Of a stretch of 64,000 nucleotides of DNA, positions 19,251 to 28,929 are shown one piece after another (within the stretch, counting starts at the first letter, position 1; each line of letters starts with the position of its first letter). The stretch lies in contig JBIQJB010000002.1 in the NCBI GenBank assembly GCA_044507735.1, positions 64,001 through 128,000 on the forward strand, given 5' to 3'. The position numbers were made by a program, and so were the translations under genes. Under the pieces are notes generated by a model that searched no databases, was not told where the DNA came from, and saw only the letters and a program-made list of their open reading frames with translations. This stretch comes from Nitrosopumilales archaeon (GTDB taxonomy: Archaea; Thermoproteota; Nitrososphaeria; Nitrososphaerales; Nitrososphaeraceae).

Positions 19251-20640
19251 CTATCCATGTGAATCTGTTCCCATCCTTGCGGCCCACTCAGTACGTAGAT
19301 CTCCCGTGTTGGCTCCAAACGGGTTGTCAACCCAAGCGAAGCTAACATCCAATCTCCCGTCAGAGTTTACATCAAGCAAGGTTGCACCAGCTCCTTGCGT
19401 TTCTGTTCCGACAAACCTCCAGTCGTTCGGGAATGTATCTTTGGCTGAGGTGGTCCAATCTGCACTGCCTGTGCTGCTGACATCCTGACCGACTCTGTAG
19501 TATCCGTGGTTATTTCCTGTCGGATTGTCTATCCAGAATACGATTATGTCAGGATTTGAGGTACCAATCCAGTTTCCTATAGATATGCCCAAGCCTTGTG
19601 TTTCGTCACCTGGAGCTATTCCGGGGGTAAATCTAGTGCTCCAAGAGGCTGCATCACCAGAAGTATTGATGTTCCATCCGATCTTGTAGTATACAGTGTT
19701 TGCTCCGGAAGGATTGTCTATCCAGAATACGAACAGCTCTGGCACTGTACCTGTATCAGACGTATCCGCTATAGCAATTCCTAATCCCTGGCTTTCTGAG
19801 CCTACATCTGAGCTAGGCATTGTCTTGTCAGTGCTCCAGCTTGCTGGCACTCCCGCAGTGCTCACATCCCAGCCTATTCTGTATTTGATTGTGTTTGCAC
19901 CAAAGGGGTTGTCTACCCAAGCAATTACGAGATCAGGTCTACCGTTGACGTCGTTGTTTATCTGTGCTAAGGCTACTCCAACGCCCTGCGTTTCGTCTCC
20001 TACGCTGCTGATGGATGCAGGTGTGCTCCATGAAGACGCTGAGCCAGTAGAAGAACTAATGTCCCATCCAAAGCTGTACTTGATAGTGTTTGCTCCGGAA
20101 GGATTATCGGCCCAAGCAAATACATAATCTCTAGTTGAACCGGAATTGACCAACCCGTTCGCTAAATCTGCACCTTGGGTTTCATCTCCGATGCTGGTTC
20201 CTGCGCCATACATGTTTGTGTAAATGTATCTGACACCGGCAATGTCTCCATACTGGAGGGTGCGTCTGTTTCCTTGGTATGCTGCAGTCATGACAAGGTC
20301 TGTCTGAGTAGCATGTTGGAGCCGCAACCAGTGACCTGCTTCATGCAGCATTACTGTTTCAACATCGAAATTGGTGGGCGGCGAAGAAACGCAGTTACAC
20401 CAAGTATCAGTTTCGTCAAATACAGTATCCATTTCAACAAGTGGGTTTCCAGATATCGGCGACCTTGCTGTTACGGCGAGATCTGCATCAACTTCGCCGG
20501 GGTATGTATTGAGCCATCGAATGACATTGACTCCATCTGTCGCGCCTGTTTCTATTAGACTTGCAGCATTTGTTGTCGTGCCGCCATCTACAAAGTCAAT
20601 ATAGGAACCAGCATCATTTTCCCATGTCTGGAATGAATTT
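19251..20640 (-). pseudogene. Matrixin-like (M10 metzincin) protease domain plus five ~64-aa repeats, 5'-truncated
   Basis: HEAGHWLRLQH zinc motif, Met-turn LVMT, YGDIAGVRYIY; the upstream part of ORF 19251-20891 is an alternate frame of the recombinase gene. Confidence 0.75.
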
Positions 20641-21696
20641 CCTTTTGAATTTGACAGCCGTCTTTGACATGACATAAGAAGCTTGCAATGCGTTTGCCTT
20701 GTCACTTTTAGCATCTTCAAAGAATAAGAAATTTCTTTCTTTAGGCAGTTTATCATAAGCAGTCTCAACAACAGCTTTGCATTCTTCAGTTGGGTACTTG
20801 ACCCACCACTTACCTTCTTTGCAAAGATACCAATCTCCTCTTTTTGTTTTGGATTCAAACTGTTCCACTCTAAACAGTGGTGAAAATGCAATCCTATCCC
20901 AGCTCATTGACGACATTGCAAACGCCCTAGCTCCAGTATGCAAGTTGATGTTCATGAAGCTCCAAGATTCCCAGTCTTTTTCATTTTCAAGTTTTCTGTT
21001 TATCTTGTCTATCTGATCCGGTGTAAGCAGAATATCTTTGTACTCTCCTAATCTTTCCGGCGTAGTTGAAAGCCCGTACCTTTTGCCTTCGCCATGAGCA
21101 AAGTTGATGCTATGAGCTGATAGGAAACTCCGGTAAGCATTAATGGTATTTGTCTTTTGCATTTGAGGGTATGCTGTATTGAACCATGCAAGGAAATTCT
21201 GCCAGTATTCTATAGCTAGCTCCTTTCTCTTTGTCGCATCTATCGGTACGCCATAGCTAATGATAGTCTCTGGCATCACCTTTAGCTGGTTCGACATTCC
21301 ATGTATGACATTTACAAGATGGTTGATTCTGCTAGCTGGTATTGCGCCTGATTTGAGAAATGTTATCCATTTCTGAATCGATGGCAGTTGATTGAACGGT
21401 TCACTGTCTAATCTTTGATATTGCTGCTCTAGTTGCTTTTGGAGTGAGATGACTATATTGCCGTTAGCATCGCGCTTTATTCCCCACTTTCGTTCTGCCT
21501 CCATCTCTGACAAATACCGCGATATGGTACTGTGGTCTTTGCCAATGTCAACACCGATATCTCTAGTTGTATAGTTGCCATTTTGGATGCTGATTGCAAT
21601 AGCCTCTTTGATCTTCTCTCTATTCTTGACTTTTAATCCCTTGACCCTTAAGCGGCTCTTTCTTGTCTGTACTTTGGCATTAAGTATCTGAGCCAC
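20614..21696 (-). pseudogene. HTH-tyrosine recombinase/integrase, C-terminally truncated
   Basis: N-terminal HTH TTRDIGVDIGKDHSTISRYL; LLTPDQI, LHTGAR (catalytic Arg) and ESKT; HxxR and catalytic Tyr absent. Confidence 0.75.
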
Positions 21697-22410
21697 TAGC
21701 CAGACAACCTCTCAATTGCAAAGTTACCTAGAACTGTCAGAAGCAGTGACGTGGTAGGGGGATAGATATACCATATAACAAATAATAAAGTCGGAAAAAT
21801 TGTTAGTAATACTTGATAATTGCTGAAGTAAAAGTTCAGCAAAGGTATATTTTCAGGGCTAATCCGAAGTTTCGCGCCTATGCAACAAGTTATGCAACGC
21901 TTTTGGTGCATTAGACGCTCGTAGGAAACGATATTCTCAAATAATTATTAAAGTGTGTCGCCCCCGTCGCCATATTGGATGACGGAAAAAACGTCATTTG
22001 TTAATGTTTCCAGCACTGGATATTGATGCCATCTGCAGAATTACGGCTAAAATAATGCATGTTTTCGAACATCTCGTACTCATTTCAGCTTCATTCACCA
22101 AGTCGTGTGGTCAGCATGTTTCTTCGCCTGAATGTCTTTGCCGAGCAGCACTTCACAGAAAACCTGCAGGACGCACTCTGTTTGTATGTTCAGACGGGGA
22201 TCGTACATTCTGCCTCTTTTTGCATCACCGGTCTTGCATGTGGATCAGTCTTGTTATTCTGACAATGAGACTGCGAGTTATTCTTTTACTATATCTACAG
22301 GGGAACTCGACAAAATTGCCGTTGTTCCTAGCTGCATGTTCTCTTGAAGCTGACGTGGAGTTGGCATTATCTCTATCTGTTGATTTGTCATCGGTTGTTG
22401 GCCGTCAAAT

Positions 22411-23334
22411 GTGGATTATCCGAACGCGAGTATTTGGCAAAGTTTTAATAAAATCATGTATCCTCTCCAAAGATGGATGCCGCAGCGCCAGATTCTTACC
22501 AGACCTGTGGCTGCGCCTTTTGTGAAGTGGGCTGGTGGCAAGACCCAGCTCCTTACAAAACTTGATGCGTTCGTTCCTGATTTTGACAGGTACTTTGAAC
22601 CCTTCCTTGGCGGCGGCGCCTTCTTTTTCCATCTTGCTTCACGGCTTGATTTTACTGCACACCTTTCTGACGCGAACAGCGAGCTCGTCAATGCTTACAA
22701 TGTCGTGAAAAACAACGTTGAAGAGCTGATCGCAGCGCTTGAAAGACACGAAAAGGGATATCGTAAGAATCGTGTACGCTATTACTACAGGCTCAGGTCA
22801 GAGCAGCCGTCTGACAAGATAGAAGCAGCTGCCAGGTTCATTGCATTGAACAAGACCTGCTACAACGGCCTCTACAGGGTGAATCGGAGCGGCAGGTTCA
22901 ACGTGCCGATGGGGAGGTACAACAATCCAACGATCTGTGACAGAGACCAATTGCTCAAAGCCAGCGCGGCCCTAAACTACTCTGATGCCATGATCATCGT
23001 GGCAGACTATAAGCACATATTGAGAAAGACACGCGCTGGTGACTTTGTCTATCTCGATCCTCCCTTTATGCCGCTCAGCCGCACGGCAAACTTTGTCGAA
23101 TACACAAAGGACGGCTTTGGCGAAAAAGACCAGAAGGAATTGGCAGCAGCTTTTCGAGAGCTGGACAAGAAAGGCTGTAAAGTGCTTCTTAGCAATTCAG
23201 ACACTGAGCTTGTGCGCCAGCTTTATTCTGAGTTTGTGCAGAGTCAGGCGCGAGTTGTCAGAGCGATTAGTTGCAAGGGCTCTATGCGCACAGGATATAG
23301 CGAGCTCTTGGTCAGTAATTACTATCCTGTCTAG
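22411..23334 (+). CDS. Dam-family (D12 class) DNA adenine methyltransferase
   Basis: KWAGGKTQL, EPFLGGGA, NKTCYNGLYRVN, VYLDPPF and LSNS motifs. Confidence 0.93.
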   Translation: MDYPNASIWQSFNKIMYPLQRWMPQRQILTRPVAAPFVKWAGGKTQLLTKLDAFVPDFDRYFEPFLGGGAFFFHLASRLDFTAHLSDANSELVNAYNVVKNNVEELIAALERHEKGYRKNRVRYYYRLRSEQPSDKIEAAARFIALNKTCYNGLYRVNRSGRFNVPMGRYNNPTICDRDQLLKASAALNYSDAMIIVADYKHILRKTRAGDFVYLDPPFMPLSRTANFVEYTKDGFGEKDQKELAAAFRELDKKGCKVLLSNSDTELVRQLYSEFVQSQARVVRAISCKGSMRTGYSELLVSNYYPV

Positions 23335-23383
23335 ATGGCAGCGAACCATTTTCTCCAATCTTTATAGCAGATGAATCGCCGCG

Positions 23384-23809
23384 ATGTGCATGGCAGGAGG
23401 AGAGGGCCCGGCAATTTTGTGGAAGGAGCTAAAGGGAAAGCAAGTCCGTACAAACGACGGCAAGGACCTGGGAGAAATAAAAGATATTGCGGAGAATTAT
23501 GTCCGGCTTGAAAAAGGCACGGTGAACAAAGAAAAGTACTGGATTCCAAAGTATGTCGCCGACGCGTATGATGGCAAGGTTCTTTGGCTTCTAATCAGCA
23601 GTGACGATGTTGCAAAGGGATATTCCTACACCTCACATCCTGAGAGGGAGCAGTATTCTAGGGGACTTGAATCATTCAAGACGACGCGATACGGGCAGAA
23701 GGCAGTCTACCTGCCTGATTTTGATCAAAAGGTGCGGATAGCAGAAGAAAGAGCTGAAGGGACTGAAGAGGCTGAAGGAAGCTATCGCAACATCCGCGAT
23801 TTGGAATAG
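23384..23809 (+). CDS. PRC-barrel-like protein
   Basis: GKQVRTNDGKDLGEIKDI...KYWIPKYVADAYDG. Confidence 0.7.
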   Translation: MCMAGGEGPAILWKELKGKQVRTNDGKDLGEIKDIAENYVRLEKGTVNKEKYWIPKYVADAYDGKVLWLLISSDDVAKGYSYTSHPEREQYSRGLESFKTTRYGQKAVYLPDFDQKVRIAEERAEGTEEAEGSYRNIRDLE

Positions 23810-24002
23810 TGGTCAGCAGCAAGGATCAGCAAACAAAACAGCTTGCGGTCCTCTGTTACCTGAATAAATATCAAGGAGGTTCATGGCGTGAGCCACCTGA
23901 AGGGATCTGATGGTGATTACGCCCAACTATGCTTCTTGTTGGACACAGGAAATACAACGTAACATATCATATTATAACGAGAGAGTCGAACTAATAGTCA
24001 AA

Positions 24003-24641
24003 ATGGCGACATTTCCAGCATATGGCATGGCGGGGATAGGCATTGCAGCAGCCATAGGATTTGTATTTGCCCTAACACTTCTGAGTAGCAACCCTGCGGT
24101 AAACCCAGAACTCACCAATCAGCCTCAAGATGATGCTACTTCTTTTAGACAAGCGAATGAGCCCGACAGTAGCGCGAAGGAAAAGAGCAACACTTCGGAG
24201 CTGGTAGACGGTGAAGGAGGGTCGGCTCAACTGATGATGCAGCAGGATGGGGGTATCAATGTGCCCCCTGCGCTTGCGTCAATTACTGCTCTGGATGCTG
24301 GCACTGGGCAACTGATTGGCGAAGTTGCGCCAGGAATGGTGCTTGATGCAAATCAGACGGTGATCATCAGGGCCAACTTTGTAAACCAGAATGCAGTCGC
24401 AAACCATCTGATTACGCTAGCAATCAGCAAGAACGACACTTACAATTCACAATCTGTGTATGATAAGGCGGCCAATCTCCGTGGGAACATTGGTGCTGAC
24501 AGCAATCTCATGTTAGAATTGTATTGGAATCCTTCCACTGCTGGTGGATATACCGTGATTCTGTTGACTACAGATGCAGACGGATCTGAGGAGCCCATAG
24601 CGGAAATACCAATAAGAGTTGTCGAAGCTGTCACGGGTTAG
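24003..24641 (+). CDS. Hypothetical membrane-anchored protein
   Basis: N-terminal TM helix, polar linker, Ig-like C-terminal domain (YWNPSTAGGYTV). Confidence 0.65.
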   Translation: MATFPAYGMAGIGIAAAIGFVFALTLLSSNPAVNPELTNQPQDDATSFRQANEPDSSAKEKSNTSELVDGEGGSAQLMMQQDGGINVPPALASITALDAGTGQLIGEVAPGMVLDANQTVIIRANFVNQNAVANHLITLAISKNDTYNSQSVYDKAANLRGNIGADSNLMLELYWNPSTAGGYTVILLTTDADGSEEPIAEIPIRVVEAVTG

Positions 24642-24932
24642 CACTTGGTAAAGTGTGTGTGACCATGAACACCGGATAAAGAGCACAACATGAAGTTCCA
24701 AGGTCGAAAGGAAACTGCGACCCTGTATGGCTGGAAGTAAAAGAATGGGACCTTCTATTTGAAATAGGTTGACGTTTGGACATGATTCGGAAATGCTCGC
24801 ACCGCGACGCTTGCTTATGCTGGAACTGGCGTTCAATCATGCGCTGCACAAATGTTGGATTTTCTCTCTCTATCTTTCACTTGCAGTAATGTCTGATGAT
24901 TCCGACAGAGCCCTGATTGAACATCAAAAAAG

Positions 24933-25061
24933 CGCCGGGAGAGGGACTCGAACCCTCGAGTCCCGAAGGACATCAGCTAGCACGTCATACCCTGCACCTA
25001 TGATCTCGAGGCTGACCCCTTTTAGGGCCTACCGTGACTTACCTAGCTTGGGTACCCCGGC
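24933..25061 (-). tRNA. tRNA-Ser(CGA) with two introns (D-loop 25021-25039; position 37/38 24979-25004)
   Basis: GCCGGGG/TCCCGGC acceptor stem with G73, TCAGC/GCTGA anticodon stem, long variable arm GTCC-TTCG-GGAC, GAGGG-TTCGAGT-CCCTC T arm; 84 nt after splicing. Confidence 0.93.
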
Positions 25062-25435
25062 GCGATTGTTTTGCAGATCCATTGCAATTTATGCCTTTAT
25101 CATTCAAGCTAAGAAGTAAAGTCAGCCCGGTCATTCTGACATTCCTTCTCCCTGATGCCTACACGTGATGATTTTTCCCGGAGGAACGTACGCAGAGTCA
25201 CTGCAGTCGGGCCGTATCAGTACGTGATTCCATGATTAGATGAAGAGATGGTCCCATTTGGATATTACAGAACTTCTTTTGGGAGGTAGTTCTCACGAAA
25301 AACGCATACAAGTACCTGCCATTACAGAACCGTGCTTCTGGGACGGTAACTCTCGGAACGCACGTACACCCTTCCTACCTGAGCAAATCTTTTCATGCTC
25401 AAAAATTATATAATGATGCCGGAGCAATAACCCTT

Positions 25436-25867
25436 GTGCTGGCGACATCATCAGGAACACCTTCGATCGAGGCAGTAAGAAAGTTATCCATGTCTGACAT
25501 TGCTATTGCCGCAGGGCTCTCAGACGAGCTCCGAGACAGGCTCCGCAATTACGTACACATCGATCCATTCACCATGCCTGACCCATTTGGCGAAAAGGAT
25601 GACTACACCTACATGGCAATACTCGACAGGGAGAACCTTGCGAGGGTGGTGGCGATAGTTGCCAACAAGAAGGAGAGCCTTCCTCAGTTGCCCTGGTCCA
25701 ACATTCTGGGCGAGCGATTGGCCAAGGTGTCGCTGTCAAAGGAAGACGCTAAAAGTCTAAAGCACGAGTTGATGCCAAAGGAAACCAACAACTTTTACCC
25801 GTACCGCCGAAACGGCAAGGTATCAGGGTACGTCATGTTCGCATTCCAGATCTGTGGCCAACGCTAG
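25436..25867 (+). CDS. Hypothetical protein
   Basis: 143-aa ORF with a TATA-like element upstream. Confidence 0.7.
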   Translation: MLATSSGTPSIEAVRKLSMSDIAIAAGLSDELRDRLRNYVHIDPFTMPDPFGEKDDYTYMAILDRENLARVVAIVANKKESLPQLPWSNILGERLAKVSLSKEDAKSLKHELMPKETNNFYPYRRNGKVSGYVMFAFQICGQR

Positions 25868-26146
25868 CTAGTCGCGCAGTTCAACGACCGCTATTTCCTT
25901 GAATTGCCTTACCATCTGCTCAAGTGATTTGCGGACCTCATTCTCGTCGCCGCTCGAAATGCGGAGCACTTCAAGCAGGAGATCGTCAAAACTGATTCCG
26001 TTGCACATGTTCCACAATGAGACCGCTGTATCATTAACTCTGTAAGCTTCGCCCTTGTAGTTTATCAAGAGCGGAGTGCCGTCGGAATCGTTGCCCACTT
26101 CGCCCCTCCTGTAAATAAACTTGCTGCTCTCCCTCTTTAACAACAT
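25868..26146 (-). CDS. PqqD-family / RiPP-recognition-element-like protein
   Basis: LLINYKGEAYRVNDTAVSLWNMCNG followed by helices, typical PqqD pattern. Confidence 0.7.
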   Translation of the reverse strand: MLLKRESSKFIYRRGEVGNDSDGTPLLINYKGEAYRVNDTAVSLWNMCNGISFDDLLLEVLRISSGDENEVRKSLEQMVRQFKEIAVVELRD

Positions 26147-26170
26147 GGCGTCGTCAAGCTGAGACGTCTT

Positions 26171-26671
26171 ATGCGCGCCGGCTTATTATCCATATCTGAA
26201 GGTTCTATTAGAACAACTGTTCCCAATCTTAAAATAAGTCATAGCCGGATTTTTTTGCTATTGTTTGGCAAACGGGAGAGGGTGCAGAGGAAGATAATGA
26301 TCACCAGAAAGGCCGCCGACGGGATCATCACCTGGTCAAAGACGCACCACCCAAACGAAGCGATACTGGTCTTGCAAGGCAGAACTACAAGAGACCAGAT
26401 CATTGTCGACGGCTTGGTTATCCCGCCCTTTGCAGAATCCGGCCCCTTCTACTCCGGGTTTGCGCTGCATGATCTCCCCTACACAATCCCGCACGTGGGC
26501 ACCGCTCACTCTCACCCAAGCGGCTCCAATGAGCCATCGCTTGAAGACCTCCATTACTTTACCGGATACGTATCAATCATAATCCACCACCCCTATGAGG
26601 ACGAGACCATGGCCGCGTACGACAGGAATGGCAAAAAGCTGGAAATCATGATAGTTGATTCTATCCAATGA
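26171..26671 (+). CDS. JAB/MPN+ (JAMM) metalloprotease
   Basis: HPNEAIL and AHSHPSGSNEPSLEDL motifs; true start likely downstream. Confidence 0.9.
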   Translation: MRAGLLSISEGSIRTTVPNLKISHSRIFLLLFGKRERVQRKIMITRKAADGIITWSKTHHPNEAILVLQGRTTRDQIIVDGLVIPPFAESGPFYSGFALHDLPYTIPHVGTAHSHPSGSNEPSLEDLHYFTGYVSIIIHHPYEDETMAAYDRNGKKLEIMIVDSIQ

Positions 26672-26696
26672 TGACAACTGGCTCTCTCTAGTTATC

Positions 26697-26909
26697 TCAT
26701 TTTCTGCGAGTAAAGTCTAGTTCGACGCCTCGTTTTGGATCATTGATAAAGATGAATGCCTCATCAGGCATGATGGGGAAACTGGAAAGGACAGAGGAAG
26801 AGCATATCGGACACTTGTCAGCCAACTTGGTCTTGTCGAGGTACGTCACGCACCAGTGGCACATCTCGCATAGCATAAAGATTGATGGAACAGCTACGCC
26901 CTTTTGCAA
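26697..26909 (-). CDS. Small Zn-ribbon protein
   Basis: CEMCHWC...CPIC. Confidence 0.7.
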   Translation of the reverse strand: MQKGVAVPSIFMLCEMCHWCVTYLDKTKLADKCPICSSSVLSSFPIMPDEAFIFINDPKRGVELDFTRRK

Positions 26910-26995
26910 TGTATTGTTATGGAAAAAGGTAGTTAATTACATTTTATAGCCCACACTGGAAAACTTAATAAAAGAACAACTCCAAGAATCAATGT

Positions 26996-27301
26996 TTGAA
27001 CTGGATAGGTCAGCAGATGGCATGGATAATGATATCCCTTGCCATAAGTCTAACTTTAACATATTTCCTGGGATGGTGGGGACTTATCCCTGCGATTGCA
27101 ATTTTCATAGGAATTTCGTACTATATGCGTAGGCGCGCAATGGCCCGCATGGGAATGGGCGGCGGTGGCGTGGGCTTTGGTGGCATGCTTGGCGGAGGTG
27201 GAGGTGGAGGCGTCAACTACATCTGCATCGCATGCGGTCACAGGTTTAAAGGTGGCTCATGCCCTCGCTGTGGATCAAAGATGAAGAAGGCAGATTTCTA
27301 G
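26996..27301 (+). CDS. Small membrane protein with Gly-rich linker and C-terminal Zn ribbon
   Basis: Two TM helices, poly-Gly, CIACG...CPRCG. Confidence 0.75.
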   Translation: MNWIGQQMAWIMISLAISLTLTYFLGWWGLIPAIAIFIGISYYMRRRAMARMGMGGGGVGFGGMLGGGGGGGVNYICIACGHRFKGGSCPRCGSKMKKADF

Positions 27302-27310
27302 CAGGACGAT

Positions 27311-27625
27311 ATGACCCTAGAAGAACTACGCCAAAAAGCATTTTTCCAAAATACTATAGACGTGTGGATAATGTACTGCTCTGAACGCAACTGGGACTGG
27401 TACAACATTGACGAATACATGAAATTCATCAACCACCTAAGCTCTAAAGGCATCAAGATGCAGAAGTTCCCCTTGTGCATAAAAGAATCAGGAGGTATGT
27501 ACGAGCGTGGAAAGGACAAGGCTCAGTTTCTGGATATGCTCTCGAAAATACCGTCGGACGACGCTGCTGCGTATACGATCAAGCTTAGCGGCGATGTGAT
27601 GGAAGCTATACGCTCGTTCAAATAA
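27311..27625 (+). CDS. Hypothetical protein
   Basis: 104-aa ORF co-oriented with its neighbours. Confidence 0.7.
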   Translation: MTLEELRQKAFFQNTIDVWIMYCSERNWDWYNIDEYMKFINHLSSKGIKMQKFPLCIKESGGMYERGKDKAQFLDMLSKIPSDDAAAYTIKLSGDVMEAIRSFK

Positions 27626-27690
27626 GTACCCTGGTCTAGAATATTTCAGCTCGTAGGCACCACAATTTAGCAGGAACATCTAATACCCTT

Positions 27691-28446
27691 TTGCGGCAAT
27701 CACGACGCAGAGTGATAGATGAAGAGCTGCCTGTTGGTGTACAAGAAGAGCAAGTGAGCGAGCCAGCTGATGCTGCAACAGCAGTAGTCGAAAGGACGGC
27801 CAAAAGCGAGCTCCTCTTTGATAGCATCGTGGGGTATAACGACGTTAAGAAGCTTTTTCAGATGTCTTTGTCTTCGGAAAAGCCCGTGCATATCCTGCTT
27901 GTTGGTCCTCCGGCGTCCGCCAAGACCTTGTTCATGCTAGAATGTATGAAGCTCGAGCGCTCGTACTTTACGCTTGGGAGCCACAGCACGAAATCCGGCA
28001 TGCTCGAATACCTGTTTGAAAAACGGCCTCGCTATCTCATCGTTGACGAAATAGAGCACATGCCCATGAAGGACCAGACGGCTCTGCTGAGCCTGATGGA
28101 GACAGGAATTGTATCTGAAACAAAATTCCAAAAGACTCGTAGCACACAGCTAAAGACATGGGTATTTGCCACGAGTAACGGCACTGATAGGATGCTCACC
28201 CCTCTTCTATCCCGGTTTGTAGTTCTGCATTTCAAGCAGTATTCATTTGGATCATTCCAGGAAGTTTGCACACACATCCTTGGCCGCGAGGGAGTCTCCA
28301 CAGATGTGGCAGCGGCCATAGCCGACGCCGTATGGACCAAACTAAAGTCAAAAGACATCCGTGATTGCATCAAGATAGGCCGGCTAGCAAAGACGAAGGA
28401 AGATGTCGAATGGATAGCTCAGACGTTAAGGGCATACAAGCGCTGA
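27691..28446 (+). CDS. Stand-alone AAA+ ATPase (MCM/RuvB-like domain)
   Basis: GPPASAKT Walker A, LIVDEIE Walker B, ATSN sensor 1, LLSRF arginine finger. Confidence 0.85.
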   Translation: MRQSRRRVIDEELPVGVQEEQVSEPADAATAVVERTAKSELLFDSIVGYNDVKKLFQMSLSSEKPVHILLVGPPASAKTLFMLECMKLERSYFTLGSHSTKSGMLEYLFEKRPRYLIVDEIEHMPMKDQTALLSLMETGIVSETKFQKTRSTQLKTWVFATSNGTDRMLTPLLSRFVVLHFKQYSFGSFQEVCTHILGREGVSTDVAAAIADAVWTKLKSKDIRDCIKIGRLAKTKEDVEWIAQTLRAYKR

Positions 28447-28824
28447 TCATTTCTTGCCGCCGATTATTGCTTGCAAGCTGTGATAAAGAGGCTTCAGGCT
28501 GGACGGCGAACCGCGAATTTCAAGTTTCATGGTCCCCTGTATAGAGATTACCGCCAAACGAAAGAACATTCCTCTTTCAAGGTACTTCAGCCCATGAAGC
28601 ATGTCAAGCCTTTCACTGACAATATCGTCTGACTTTACAAATGTGCCTCTGCGAGCATACAGAATCAGCCTTTGATCAGTTACAAGCACCCTGTATTTCT
28701 TATCACCATATTCTACGATTTCGTCGTCGCTCGAAAACCGGATATTCTCTGCAGGAAGCAAAAAGTCGTCAAGCACCATGTATGGCCAGACGTCTCCGGG
28801 TAGTAATTTATTGGAAGGTGTCAT
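28447..28824 (-). CDS. Bacterial-type PH-domain protein
   Basis: LLPAENI...VLVTDQRLILY...GMF. Confidence 0.65.
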   Translation of the reverse strand: MTPSNKLLPGDVWPYMVLDDFLLPAENIRFSSDDEIVEYGDKKYRVLVTDQRLILYARRGTFVKSDDIVSERLDMLHGLKYLERGMFFRLAVISIQGTMKLEIRGSPSSLKPLYHSLQAIIGGKK

Positions 28825-28929
28825 GCTTGTTTAGCTTTAAACAAAAGTTTTGTAAATGCTAGCAGCCTCTATTGGCAAGAAAGGTTAAAAGTTTTTGTGG
28901 TTGTGGTTTCCACCGGATAGTGGTATCAG

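Larger units (their letters stand above)
16834..21899. mobile_element. Degraded integrative element / genomic island
   Basis: Visibly AT-richer; truncated tyrosine recombinase at the right end; CGTTGCATAAC (16834-16844) and GTTATGCAACG (21889-21899) form an inverted repeat. Confidence 0.6.

Noticed and set aside
20641-20891. N-terminal part of the 546-aa ORF 19251-20891
   Set aside because: It is an alternate reading frame of the recombinase gene and has no signal peptide
21998-22525. 175-aa Cys-rich ORF upstream of the Dam-like gene as a restriction partner
   Set aside because: Atypical composition, no nuclease motif, and it overlaps the methylase
16834-24933. tRNA-Ser 3' end as attachment site for the island
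   Set aside because: No duplicate of the tRNA 3' sequence was found downstream by eye
25166-25260. GTGATGA C-box-like motif as a second C/D sRNA
   Set aside because: No correctly spaced CTGA D or D' boxes
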